From Planctomycetota bacterium (GTDB taxonomy: Bacteria > Planctomycetota > UBA1135 > UBA2386), in assembly GCA_965223545.1 (NCBI GenBank), contig OZ245006.1:4800001-4864000 (forward strand): a stretch of 64,000 nt of DNA, written 5' to 3'. Shown piece by piece: positions 9,886-20,906 of this stretch. The notes beneath the pieces were generated by a model, which was given only the letters and a program-made list of their open reading frames with translations, was not told the origin of the DNA and made no database searches. The position numbers and the translations under genes are program-made. The first letter of the stretch is position 1; the number at the start of each line of letters is the position of its first letter.

Positions 9886-11825
9886 CAGCGTGCCGGAGTT
9901 CGACCTTGCTCCACGGCGGTACCATACCGCGGCCGGCGCCGGTAGAACCACCAGTCGGCGAGCAGCAGCGGCAGGCCGAGCAGTGCCAGCCAGGACCACA
10001 GCGACCGGGCGGGATCGAGGTCCGCGGCGGCGCCGCGCACGGTCAGCTCATCCAGCATCAGCTGTTCGCGGGCCTCGAGCAGCGTCTCCCGGCGCTCGAG
10101 CAAGTTGACGCCGAACCGCCGCTGCACGGCGTCACCAACACGCACGGTGTGCCAACCACAGCGCGGCGCCGACAGACCCAGCGCGATCCCGCCGGTGACC
10201 GCGCGCTGTTGTCGGCTGCCGTCGGGTGCCTCGAGCGCGACCGCGTTGGCTGTCGTGCCGACGTCGACGGCGGGCAGCGGTCCGGCGCGCAACGCCTCGA
10301 CGTCGCGCAGCCCGGCAGCCTGCAGTGCCAGGCCGCTCAGGTTGGCCAACATCACCGGGAACGCGACCCGATAGGGCAGCGTCGATTGCTCGGGATCGAA
10401 CAGCATGGCGAACACCTGCGCCGCGGAGGGGTCGCGGCCTCGGCGCACGAGTAGCGGCCCGCGGGTGCCGTGTACCAGGACCTCGTAGCCGGCTTGCTCG
10501 AGCTCGCGCTCGCTGTGTGACGGTCGCCACGCGGGCTGTTCGAGGACCAGCAGATCGTCGAGCAGCGCGTGCCGCAGCAGCGGGGCCGCCCGGTCCCAAT
10601 CGACGACCGCGGAGCCGCCGTCGAGCACCTCGACGACTTCGGCCAGGACGTCGGGGACGCCGAGCAGGAAGCCGACGGCGTCGTCCCGCAAACGGCGCTC
10701 GTCGGCGGTGACGACCAGGTCGGGGGCGTCCGGTGCGTCCGCCTCGAGCAGCTCGGTCATCGGTTGGGCGGCGAGCGCGTGGCGAAACGCCCATTGGTCA
10801 CCGTCGACGGCGACCCGCAGGGGGCGTTGTGGGCGCAGCTCGAGCAGGCCGTGGTCGTCGGCCCGCAGCGCGTCGGCAGCCCCCGTGTGCAGCTCGACCT
10901 CGATGGTGCGCACGCGGTCGTCGTCTTCGCCGGCTGGCAACGCGACCACGAACCGCTCGGCGGTCTGAGCCTGGAGCGCCACGGGCTCGTCGACGATGGG
11001 CGCACCGTCGGCGGTGACGACCAGCCGGTCGGCGCGCGCGCCGGGCGTGCCTTCGACGACGACCAGGATCTGCCAGCCGCCCCGCGGATCGCGGCTGGCG
11101 CCCAGGTGGGTGATTCCCGCGTTCTCCACGCGGTCGCCGACCCGATCGAACTCGAGGGTGAACGGCAGCGCGAAGTCGGTAGTGTCCGGCAGGACCCCGT
11201 CGCTGATGAGGACGACGCGGTCGACTGCCACGGTCTGGGCGAGCGCCGCGGCCATGCGCAACGCTTCGCCGAGTTCATCGGCGCGGTCTTCGACGTTGAT
11301 CTCGTCGACCGCCGCGCGCAGCGCGCGGCGGTCGTTGCTGAACGAATGGGCCAGCTTGGCAGTCTTGGCGAATCCGATCAGCGCCATCGAGCCATCGGTG
11401 GCGAGTGCGTCGATCCGCTCCACGGCGCGGGCCCGTGCCATCGCCAACCGGGTCTCGGCCTCGCCGGGTGCGACGGCGGCCATGCTGGCCGACTGGTCGA
11501 TCAGCAGAATGACGCGTTCTCGCGCGGCGTCGCCGCCGATCACCGGCTGCATGAGGGCCAGGGTCAGCAGCGAGAGCAGGGCCAGCTGGAGCAGCAGCAG
11601 CAGGTTGCGCTGCAGTCTGCGCAGGGGCGCGTTGACGCGCTGGTCAGCGAGGACCGCGCGCCACAGCAACAGCGACGGCACCCGCCGCGGGGGACGGCGC
11701 AGCTTGAGCAGATAGAGCAACACCAGTGGAATCGCTGCCAACGACCACCACGCCGCGCTCGGCGCGGTGATGGTCGGCCAGTCGATGCCGAGGATGGCGG
11801 CCGTCATGGCGGTCACGACAGCCAT
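9885..11825 (-). CDS. BatA-like N-terminal domain + vWA domain protein
   Basis: PLVLLYLLKLRR..VPSLLLW (BatA-like N-terminus), MIDAS DQSASM, LISDG, C-terminal TM with DWWFY. Confidence 0.85.
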   Translation of the reverse strand: MAVVTAMTAAILGIDWPTITAPSAAWWSLAAIPLVLLYLLKLRRPPRRVPSLLLWRAVLADQRVNAPLRRLQRNLLLLLQLALLSLLTLALMQPVIGGDAARERVILLIDQSASMAAVAPGEAETRLAMARARAVERIDALATDGSMALIGFAKTAKLAHSFSNDRRALRAAVDEINVEDRADELGEALRMAAALAQTVAVDRVVLISDGVLPDTTDFALPFTLEFDRVGDRVENAGITHLGASRDPRGGWQILVVVEGTPGARADRLVVTADGAPIVDEPVALQAQTAERFVVALPAGEDDDRVRTIEVELHTGAADALRADDHGLLELRPQRPLRVAVDGDQWAFRHALAAQPMTELLEADAPDAPDLVVTADERRLRDDAVGFLLGVPDVLAEVVEVLDGGSAVVDWDRAAPLLRHALLDDLLVLEQPAWRPSHSERELEQAGYEVLVHGTRGPLLVRRGRDPSAAQVFAMLFDPEQSTLPYRVAFPVMLANLSGLALQAAGLRDVEALRAGPLPAVDVGTTANAVALEAPDGSRQQRAVTGGIALGLSAPRCGWHTVRVGDAVQRRFGVNLLERRETLLEAREQLMLDELTVRGAAADLDPARSLWSWLALLGLPLLLADWWFYRRRPRYGTAVEQGRTPAR

Positions 11826-12709
11826 CCCCTCCGGCGCAGAGTGTCCAGCAAGGCGTGCTCGACCGGCGTGCTCGCGTCCAGGCACGCGTAGCGGCCGCCG
11901 CGCTGGCGGCACAGCGACTCGATCTGTCGCTGCAGCGCCGCGCGATGGCCGTGGTACAGGTCGAGCAGCGACTCGGTCGCGGTGACGTCCAGCACCGCCC
12001 CGGTCTCGCTGTCGACCAGGCGCACATCGTGGCCGAGCTCGGGGTTGAGCTCGTCCGGCGCGAGGATCTGTAGGCCGGAGACCTCGAGGCCGAGGCCGTG
12101 GGCGCGGTTGAACGATGGCCGCAACTCGCCGGCGGTGAGGAAGTCGGACAACACGATCAGCAGGCCGCGACCACGATGCACCCTGAGCATGGCGTCGAGT
12201 CCGCGTTCGATGGGCAGGGCGCCGCCGGCTTCGACCTGTTCGAAGAAGGCGAACCAGCGCATCATCGAGCGCCGGCCGGGGGTCAGCCGCAGCTGCCTGA
12301 GGCCACCGTCACGCGCGTCGAACACGTAGCCGTGGGCGCGCTCGCCGCCGGTCAGCGCCATCACACCGAGCCCCGCCGCCAGCTGCTGCGCGAGCCGCAG
12401 CTTGCCGCCGGCGGCCATCGATGCCGAGCCATCGATCAGCACCGTTACGCACAGCTCCTCCTCGTCGTGGTAGAGGCGCGTGTAGGGACGGCCGAGCCGG
12501 GCGAACAACCCCCAGTCGAGGAATCGAATGTCGTCGCCGGCGGCGTAGTCGCGGAAATCTTTGAACTCGAGGCTGTTGCCGCCGCGTCGTGCGCGGTGCT
12601 CGCCGCGGCCGCGATTGGTGAAGCGGCGACCGCTGAGCAGGCGCAGGCGCTCGACCCGCGCCAGCAGGTCGTTGTCGAGCAGCGTCGTGAGCTGGGTGGC
12701 GGATGCCAT
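11813..12709 (-). CDS. DUF58 domain protein
   Basis: G.SLEFKDFRDYAAGDDIRFLDW, DGSASM, LSDFL. Confidence 0.92.
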   Translation of the reverse strand: MASATQLTTLLDNDLLARVERLRLLSGRRFTNRGRGEHRARRGGNSLEFKDFRDYAAGDDIRFLDWGLFARLGRPYTRLYHDEEELCVTVLIDGSASMAAGGKLRLAQQLAAGLGVMALTGGERAHGYVFDARDGGLRQLRLTPGRRSMMRWFAFFEQVEAGGALPIERGLDAMLRVHRGRGLLIVLSDFLTAGELRPSFNRAHGLGLEVSGLQILAPDELNPELGHDVRLVDSETGAVLDVTATESLLDLYHGHRAALQRQIESLCRQRGGRYACLDASTPVEHALLDTLRRRGWLS

Positions 12710-12715
12710 CGATCT

Positions 12716-13704
<989 letters not shown>

Positions 13705-13708
<4 letters not shown>

Positions 13709-16647
13709 CGGTCGTCCTCGTCGAGGTTGCTGCGGCGCTTGCGCGCGAGCAGCCGGGCCATGGTCGTTTGCTTTTCGTCGTCGTCGGTCTCGGTGGGCTG
13801 CGGCGCCGGTGCGGTGCGCGGCGGTGCGGGCGGAGCGGCTCCCGGTTCCGCGGGTGTTGCGGCCGGCGTCGGCGTCGCTGGCGCCGCAGTGGGTGCGGCC
13901 GGCGTGGTCGGCTGTTGGTGCCGCTGTTTGGCCTCGAGCAGGTCGCGCACGGTTTGCTGGCGAGCGATCGGTTCGCGGCGCGGCAGCTGGAGTCGGCGGA
14001 ACGCGACCGCCAGCGGCAGCAGCACCATGATTGTGGCCAGCAGCAGGTCGAAGATCGGCCGTTGCGTGCGCGGTGCCGCCGCGCGGCGGTCGAACAGCTC
14101 TGCGCCGCCCTCGTCGCCGGAGAGCATGCGGCCGCCGGTGCGGCTGGCGATCTGCCGCAGGGTGGCGGGATCGGCGCGAAAGCGGAGAAACTCGCTGCCG
14201 TACGGCACGGCGAAGCCGGTGTGTGTCCGCCCGCCCTCACCGGCGCCCAGCGCCTGGATCGAGGCGCGGTAGTGGCCGACGCCGGTCAGCGGAAACCGGG
14301 CTTCGTAGCGGCGTGGTCCGACCTGGTCGAGCATCACCTCAAGCGAGCCCTGCGGAGTCTCGACCACCGCCATGAGGTCCAGTGGGTTGCCCTGCTCGGC
14401 GAGGTCTTCGACCTCGATCAGGCCTTCGTCGCGGAGCGGCATGCTGCGCGCCGCGAGGGCGCGGCTGGTCCGCGCCCGGGCGATGTCGGTGATCAGTGCT
14501 TGCGCGAAGCGCGGACCGTGTTCCCACGCCGCCCAATCGCGGCCCCAGCGCGGCGCCAGATCCGCGGTGAACGCTGCCGCCGCGCCGACGCCGTAGCGCC
14601 ACCGCGCCAACACCGGATCGGGCTCGGCTTCGTCCGGTCCCTCGAGCACGGTCAGAGCGCGCGGCTTCGGGGTCGTCAAGATGTAGCCGTGCAGCGGAGG
14701 CAGTGCGCCGAGACCGTCGACCATGCGCGCGGTGGTCTCGATGGTCGGCACGAACGTCTTCTCCTGGATCGCGTCTCGCCGCAGGGTGCGGGCCTCCTTG
14801 ATGAAGATCGCCGGCAGCTCGTTGGGCGATGCGGGCAAATAAAAGCGGCCGCCGGTTTGCGTGGCAATGTCGCGCATGCGGCGCGCGTCCGGTGACGCGG
14901 CGCCACCGCCGTGCGGAAACACCGCGACGGTGGAGATGCGGATGTTGGCGGCGCGGTAGGCGGCCAGCAGCTCCGGCGTCGGCGGCGTGGGGTCGCCGTC
15001 CGAGATGATGACCACCTGCTTGGCGGCGGCGTCGGATGCTGTCAAGCCCGTCAGCGCGTGCTGCATCGTCGGGGCAAAGGCCGGCATGTCGCCGATCAGC
15101 GCCCCCGTCACCCTGGGCGCCAGCCGCTCGTACTCGCGCGCCGGAGTCAGCGGAAACAGCCAGCCGTCCCCCGAGCGTTCGAAGGCGAGCACGCCGACCT
15201 CGTCGCCGGGCTGGAGCACCTGCATTGCCTGCAGCGTGATGCGCTTTCCCCAGGTGTTGCCCTGCGGGAACTCGCAAGTGTGCAGGATCACCGCCAGCGC
15301 CCCCTTGGGCATCTGCTTGCGCAACGTCATGTCGAGGTCCACGGGCAGCAGCTCCTCGATCGGCGATGCGCGCCAACCTCCCGGGCCGAAGCTGTCCGGT
15401 CCACCGACCATCAAGAAGCCGCTGCCCTGGTGGAACACCGCGTCGTGTAGCGCCTCGAGCTGACGCGCATCGAAGCCGTCCCGGGCGACATCGACGAACA
15501 CGATGCAGTCGTAGGGCAGCAGCGCGATCGGTTCGGCGGGAACTCCGGCCGGCGTCGTCACGTCGACGATGCGCTGTTGGGCACGGGCGGCCTCGACCCA
15601 GAGGGCCGCATCGCGGGGGTCGCCGCTCTGCACGATCAACACCCGGCCCTCGCCCTCGAGATACAGCGAAGCCGTGGCGACGTTGTTGGCTTCGAAACCG
15701 TCGGCTTCGGCGGTGGGCTCGACGCGGGCGACGAACTCGTAGTAGCCGGTCGCATCGACGATCAGTGGCACGGCGAAGCGCGACTTGCCGGTGTCGTAGT
15801 CGATCGGCTGCCGCAGCACCTCGGTGCCGTTTTGTTCGAGCACCAGCTGGCCGGCGCCCGGCCGCAACGAAGACAGCACGACGGCCGCCTCGATGGTGTC
15901 GCCGACGATCGCGTTGCGCGGCAGCTCCAGCTTCTCGAGCCAGACCTCGTCCTCGATGCCGTAGTCGATCCCGAGGACGTCGACCATCACGCCGCGCGCC
16001 GCCAGGGCATCGACGACGCTCCACAGCTCGCCTTCGGTCGCGACCCCGTCACTGACCAGCACGATCCGACCCGTGCGGTCGGGCGGCAGCATGGCGGCTG
16101 CCGTGGACAGGGCCTCGCCGAGGTCGGTGCCGTCGCGGGCGACCTCGACGTTGACTCCCTCGAACGGCAGCGCCGTCGACGGCGGCAGCTCGACGCCGGC
16201 GTTGCGGGCGAAGAACAACAGCCCGACCTCGTCGCGCTCGGGCTTCTCACTGGCCCCGCGCAGCAGAAAGCCGATGGCTTCGTCGCTGGCATTCGCTCCG
16301 ATGGACGCGGAGTGGTCGATGGCGTAGACCACCGACAGGCGCGGGTCGACGCGCAGCAGGCGGGGTTCGGCAAGGCTGCCGAGCAGCAGGGTGACGAGCA
16401 AGAGCTGGGCTGTGACGACCAACACGGCCCGCGCACCGTGCAGATCGTTGCGGCCGCGGCGATGCACCCACCACAGCCACGGCACGACGACGGGCAGGGC
16501 GGCGAGCCACCAGGGTTGGCCGAGCTCGAGGCGCCGCGCGAGTGTCGCGCCGAGGATCGCACTGCCGAGCACCGTCAGATAGCCGATCGGCCAGCCCCAA
16601 TGGCAGCCGGCCCGCAGCCGCTCCCACGGTGTGGGGCGCGCGCTCAT
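13705..16647 (-). CDS. Large membrane protein with vWA and glutamine-amidotransferase-like domains
   Basis: DHSASI, VSDG, GFLMVGGPDSFGPGGW, second vWA-like IISDGD, WRYGVG, C-terminal TM and Pro/Ala-rich tail. Confidence 0.85.
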
Positions 16648-18491
16648 GGCCGGACCTCCAGCAGGCGGTGGTTGCCGGTGTCGGCGACCATGAGGCGCTC
16701 GTCGTCGACCCAAGCCAGCGCCCAGGGGGTGGCCAGCTCACCGAAGCCCGAGCCGGCGCGGCCGTAGCGCGCCAGCAGGCTGCCGTCACGGCGCACGCCA
16801 GTGATCCGACCGGCGCCGTACTCCACCAGCCACAGATTGGCTGCGGGTCCGAGGCACAGGTCGTACGGCAGGTCCAGCTCGACGGTCTCGAGCACGCCGA
16901 GGAACTCGCCGCTGTCGGAAAAGCGTTGGATCCGGGCACCCATTGCGTCGGCGACATAGAGGACGCCGTCGTGCCAGCACAGTCCACTGGGCCTTTGGAA
17001 CGCGCCCGGCGCGGTGCCGAACGCGCCGAACGCCGCGATGGGTTCACCGGTTTTGGTGAACTTTTGGATGCGGTCGTTGCCGCCGTACTCCGCGACGTAC
17101 AGGAAGCCATGCGGATCTTGGACGATGCGCACCGGGTAGCCGAACTCGCCGAGGCCGGTGCCGTGGCGGCCGCGCATGGCGACGACATTGCCCTCGCGGT
17201 CGAAGAACACCAGCCGGTGGTAGTGCGTGTCGGCGACGATCACGCGGCCGTCGGCCGTCGCGCAGATTCCCTCCGGCCGGCCGACGTCGTGGGCCGGCAT
17301 CCACCACGAGCGCAGCAAGTTGCCGTCGGCGGCGAACAGCAGCACGCGGCCGACGTTGTCGAGGACCCACCAGCGGCCGTCGCGGTCGGCAGCGACTCCG
17401 CGCGGAGCCGGCACGCTGGTGCCGGTCGGCGGCATCGACAGCTGTCGGACACCGGGCGGCGCCTCATCGGATGGGCCGCCGCAGCCGGCGGCGCCGAACC
17501 CGAGCAGGAGGGTCGCCAGCAAGACGAGCTGGCGCAAGACGACGCGGGTGCCGGCCGGGATCGAGGCGCGCCCGCAATGGCGCAGGACGACCGACTCGCC
17601 GCTCGTCACGTCGGACACGCGCGAAGCGGTGATGCCGCGCTCGGCGCGGTTGTCTTCCAGGCGCAGCGGCCCCGCCGGGTCGGCATCCAGCGCGAGCCGG
17701 TGCGGTCGAATGCCGACCGCGCCGTTCGGCGACGCGCCGGCGGCCAGCCACCGGTGGGCGGAATCGGCCGGTAGCCAGTTGAGCGGGCCCAGGAGTTCGC
17801 CGAGGGCACGGCTGGGCGGGGCGTGGTCGAGGGTCTCCATCGGGCCGTCGTAGACCACGCGGCCGTCGGCCAGCGCGATCGCGCGTTCGCCGAAGGTGGC
17901 CGCCGCTTGCGCATCGTGGCCGGCGATGACGAGCGCCGTGTCCCGCGCGCGCGCGACCGCGAACAGCCGGGTGTGCAGGCGCGCAGCCTGTGCTGGCCCC
18001 AGGTGGCAGAACGGCTCGTCCAGCACCGCGATGGGGGCGCCGCTCGCCAGCGCCCGTGCCACCGCCAGCCGATCGCGTTCGCCGGCGGACAGCTGCGGCG
18101 GGAGAGTCCGCGCCAGCTCGGTCAGCTCGAAGTCGGCGAGCAGCTGATCGACCGAGGGCTGTGGCGCGGGCGGCCGCGGCAGCGCGTACTGCAAGTGCGC
18201 GCGCACGTCCAGGTGCGGCCACAAGCCGCCGTCGGCCGGGGCCCATGCGCACCGCACGACCCCTGGCGGCGGCTCGAGGTGGCATTGGACTCTGCCGCGA
18301 TCGGCGCGCGCGAAGCCGACGAGCAGGTCGAGCAGAGTGGTCTTGCCAGCGCCCGAGTGGCCGAGCACGAACGTCGCGCCCCGCTCGACGCGCAACTCGT
18401 CGAGGCAAAGGCGTGGGCGGTCTCGCGTACCGACGCGGACGTCGCGCAGCGTCCACAGCACCGGTGATGCGTTGCTCGGTCCTTTGCTCAT
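16644..18491 (-). CDS. ABC ATP-binding domain fused to an NHL-repeat beta-propeller
   Basis: GHSGAGKTT, LSAGE, VLDEP, then a hydrophobic segment, then NHL repeats (PEGI..ADTHYHR, YVAEYGGNDRIQKF, VADTGNHR). Confidence 0.8.
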   Translation of the reverse strand: MSKGPSNASPVLWTLRDVRVGTRDRPRLCLDELRVERGATFVLGHSGAGKTTLLDLLVGFARADRGRVQCHLEPPPGVVRCAWAPADGGLWPHLDVRAHLQYALPRPPAPQPSVDQLLADFELTELARTLPPQLSAGERDRLAVARALASGAPIAVLDEPFCHLGPAQAARLHTRLFAVARARDTALVIAGHDAQAAATFGERAIALADGRVVYDGPMETLDHAPPSRALGELLGPLNWLPADSAHRWLAAGASPNGAVGIRPHRLALDADPAGPLRLEDNRAERGITASRVSDVTSGESVVLRHCGRASIPAGTRVVLRQLVLLATLLLGFGAAGCGGPSDEAPPGVRQLSMPPTGTSVPAPRGVAADRDGRWWVLDNVGRVLLFAADGNLLRSWWMPAHDVGRPEGICATADGRVIVADTHYHRLVFFDREGNVVAMRGRHGTGLGEFGYPVRIVQDPHGFLYVAEYGGNDRIQKFTKTGEPIAAFGAFGTAPGAFQRPSGLCWHDGVLYVADAMGARIQRFSDSGEFLGVLETVELDLPYDLCLGPAANLWLVEYGAGRITGVRRDGSLLARYGRAGSGFGELATPWALAWVDDERLMVADTGNHRLLEVRP

Positions 18492-18495
18492 GGCG

Positions 18496-19881
18496 TCAGG
18501 GTGCCTGGCGCGGCACTCGCCCAGACCCGGCCCACAGCATGGTGACGGCAGCCAGCGCCGTCCAGACCGCGGTGATCGCGATGAGCAGGCTGGCGCTGAG
18601 CGCGTCACTGTGGCCGTAGTGCATCAGGTTGTAGAGCCGCACGGCGACCGGTGGTGCGCCGGGAGGGGCGAGCACCGCGCTGGCCACGACTTCGAACGTC
18701 AGCGTGGCGAACAGGACCGCGAACGCCAGCACCCGCGGCGCGCCGGTCAGCCGGCGGAGCAGCGCGCGCCGGCCGGGTCCCGCCGGCAGCAGCCGCGCTT
18801 GGTGCACGTCGGCGCGGTCGCGGCGGCTGGTATCCAGGGCGACGAGCAGCACCGCGGGCGGCATGGCGATCACGGTGAGCGCGGCCAACCAGGGCAGCGG
18901 TGTGCCGTGCAGCGCGCCGAGTCCGATCGAGTCGATCCCGCTCTGCACGGTCAAAGCGACGACCAGGCCGCCGGCGCACCCCGGAGCGCACAGCAGCGGC
19001 GCAAGCCAGGCGCGCGCGCGCGAGCGCCACGCCGCGGCGGCCAGCTCCAGCGCGGCGAAGGCCGCGAGGGCCGCGCCCATGGCCGAGCGGCCGAGGTCGC
19101 TCCAGGTGCGCGCCGAGGTCAAGGTGCCGGTCCACGCGTCGGCGCTCACACCGCGGCCGGTGACTACCCACGCCGGAACCAGGAGGGCGAGGACGAGCGC
19201 GCCGCCCAGCACCGTCCACGTGACGGCGTGGTGGTTGCGGGCCGCGGCCGGGCTCGGCCCGGCGGCTTCGCGCGCCGTGGCGCGCGCCGAGGTGGCGATC
19301 GCCAACACCGGGATCCCGACCACGGCCAACGGCAGCCCGGCTGCTCGCAGGCCGGTGACCGCCGGCTGCCCTCCGGCATGGGCGTCGAACAGGGCGGAGG
19401 TCCAGCTGGTGAGGCCGAGCAGCACCGTCAGCTCGAAGTCGCCGAACGCGAAGACGAAGACCACGCCGCCGGTCCACAGCACCGGCCGCAGCGAGCCGAA
19501 CCGCGACCGCCACCACGTCTGTCGCGCGCGGCTCGCGGCACCGTGCACCGACAACAAGAACTCGCCGGTGGCGCGCATTGGCGGCGGCGGCGCGGCGGCG
19601 CGCACTCCGGCGGCGACCGGGATCAGCTTGGCGGCGAGCAGTGCCACCAACGCGCCCTCGGCGATGGCGCGGTGCGGGGCCAGCAGCAGCGACGACCAGC
19701 CGTAGCCGAGCCAGACCCAGGGGGTGACCAGCAGCGCGCCGAGCACGCCGAGTGCCGCGGCTCGGCCCGAGGGCGTCGCTCTACGCAGCCCGCCCAGGAC
19801 GGCGCAACCGGCGGCAGTGGCGAGGAGGGCGGCGGCACCGGCGCGCAGCGCGGCAGCGGCGGCGCCGGCTTCGACGCTCAC
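18496..19881 (-). CDS. ABC transporter permease (FbpB-like iron/solute type)
   Basis: Two-half permease; AFGDFELTVLL and VRLYNLMHYG; GTG start overlaps the upstream stop. Confidence 0.75.
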   Translation of the reverse strand: MSVEAGAAAAALRAGAAALLATAAGCAVLGGLRRATPSGRAAALGVLGALLVTPWVWLGYGWSSLLLAPHRAIAEGALVALLAAKLIPVAAGVRAAAPPPPMRATGEFLLSVHGAASRARQTWWRSRFGSLRPVLWTGGVVFVFAFGDFELTVLLGLTSWTSALFDAHAGGQPAVTGLRAAGLPLAVVGIPVLAIATSARATAREAAGPSPAAARNHHAVTWTVLGGALVLALLVPAWVVTGRGVSADAWTGTLTSARTWSDLGRSAMGAALAAFAALELAAAAWRSRARAWLAPLLCAPGCAGGLVVALTVQSGIDSIGLGALHGTPLPWLAALTVIAMPPAVLLVALDTSRRDRADVHQARLLPAGPGRRALLRRLTGAPRVLAFAVLFATLTFEVVASAVLAPPGAPPVAVRLYNLMHYGHSDALSASLLIAITAVWTALAAVTMLWAGSGRVPRQAP

Positions 19882-20906
19882 TGACCGTACTCCTGGCGCA
19901 GCCACGACAGGCAGTCGGCGGCGTCGCGCTCGACGCCGTGCCAGCTGACCGCGCGGGCGCGCAGCGGCAGCAACGCGCGGACTTCCGCCGGCAGCTCGCT
20001 CGGGTCGTCGATGGGGCCGAGCGGCAGTTGGCGGGAGGGTGAGCGGGCCAGGACGTCCTCGGTCTCCGCCGACAGCAAGAAGTCGACCAGCTGCTCGGCC
20101 AGCGCGCGATGCGGGGCGCCGCGCGGAATCGCCACCGTGTTGGGGATCAGCACGGGATGCCCGTCGACTTCGACCGGCGCCATCGCCACGGGGCTGCCGT
20201 TGTCGAGCTCGCTGAAGAAGTCGTCGGTGTCGGTGAAGCCCGCGCGGCACCTTCCCTGCGCGACCAGGGCGGCGACCCGGCGGTTGCCGGCGGCGATGAC
20301 GGCGCCGGCGCCCACCGCGGCGTCGTGCCAACGGCGCACGTGGGGCCCGCCGTGCGCGCGCCACAGCGCGGTGTAGTGGGCACGGGTCGTGCCCCACAGC
20401 GGGTTGGCGATGGCGAACGCGCTGAGGTCGCCGTCGGCGAGCGCGGCGGTGACGTGGGCCTCGACCGCGCCGTGCTCGGCGGTGAGCTTGCCCCGTTGCA
20501 CGATCCAAACCCGCAGGCGGGCGGCAAAGCCGGTCCACAGCCCGTCCGGATCGCGGTGGGCCTGCGGTATGCGCTGCCAGCCGGGGCCGCGGTAGGGCTG
20601 CAGCAGGCCGGCTCGCGCCAGCCGGAGAGTGCCCAGCACCTCGTTGTTCCACAGGACGTCGCACCGCGGCTGACTCGCCTCACGCGCGATCCGGTCGACC
20701 AGCGCCAGCGATTTGGTGGCTTCGGTGTCGTAGACGACGGCGACGTCGACGCCGGTCTGCGCGGTGAACCGCTCGAGGATGCGCTCGGCGAACACCGCGT
20801 CGTGCGCGCAGTACACCACGACGGCCGCGCGCGGCCAGGCGAGGGCGGTCCACAGCGCGACAATGCCGGCCGCTGCGGCCCACGCCAGCGCGCGGCCTCG
20901 CGTCAC
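19878..20906 (-). CDS. ABC extracellular solute-binding protein (FbpA/iron(III)-like)
   Basis: VVYCAHD, YDTEATKS, CDVLWNNE, ANPLWGTT, TDTDD, IPNTV. Confidence 0.85.
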   Translation of the reverse strand: MTRGRALAWAAAAGIVALWTALAWPRAAVVVYCAHDAVFAERILERFTAQTGVDVAVVYDTEATKSLALVDRIAREASQPRCDVLWNNEVLGTLRLARAGLLQPYRGPGWQRIPQAHRDPDGLWTGFAARLRVWIVQRGKLTAEHGAVEAHVTAALADGDLSAFAIANPLWGTTRAHYTALWRAHGGPHVRRWHDAAVGAGAVIAAGNRRVAALVAQGRCRAGFTDTDDFFSELDNGSPVAMAPVEVDGHPVLIPNTVAIPRGAPHRALAEQLVDFLLSAETEDVLARSPSRQLPLGPIDDPSELPAEVRALLPLRARAVSWHGVERDAADCLSWLRQEYGQ

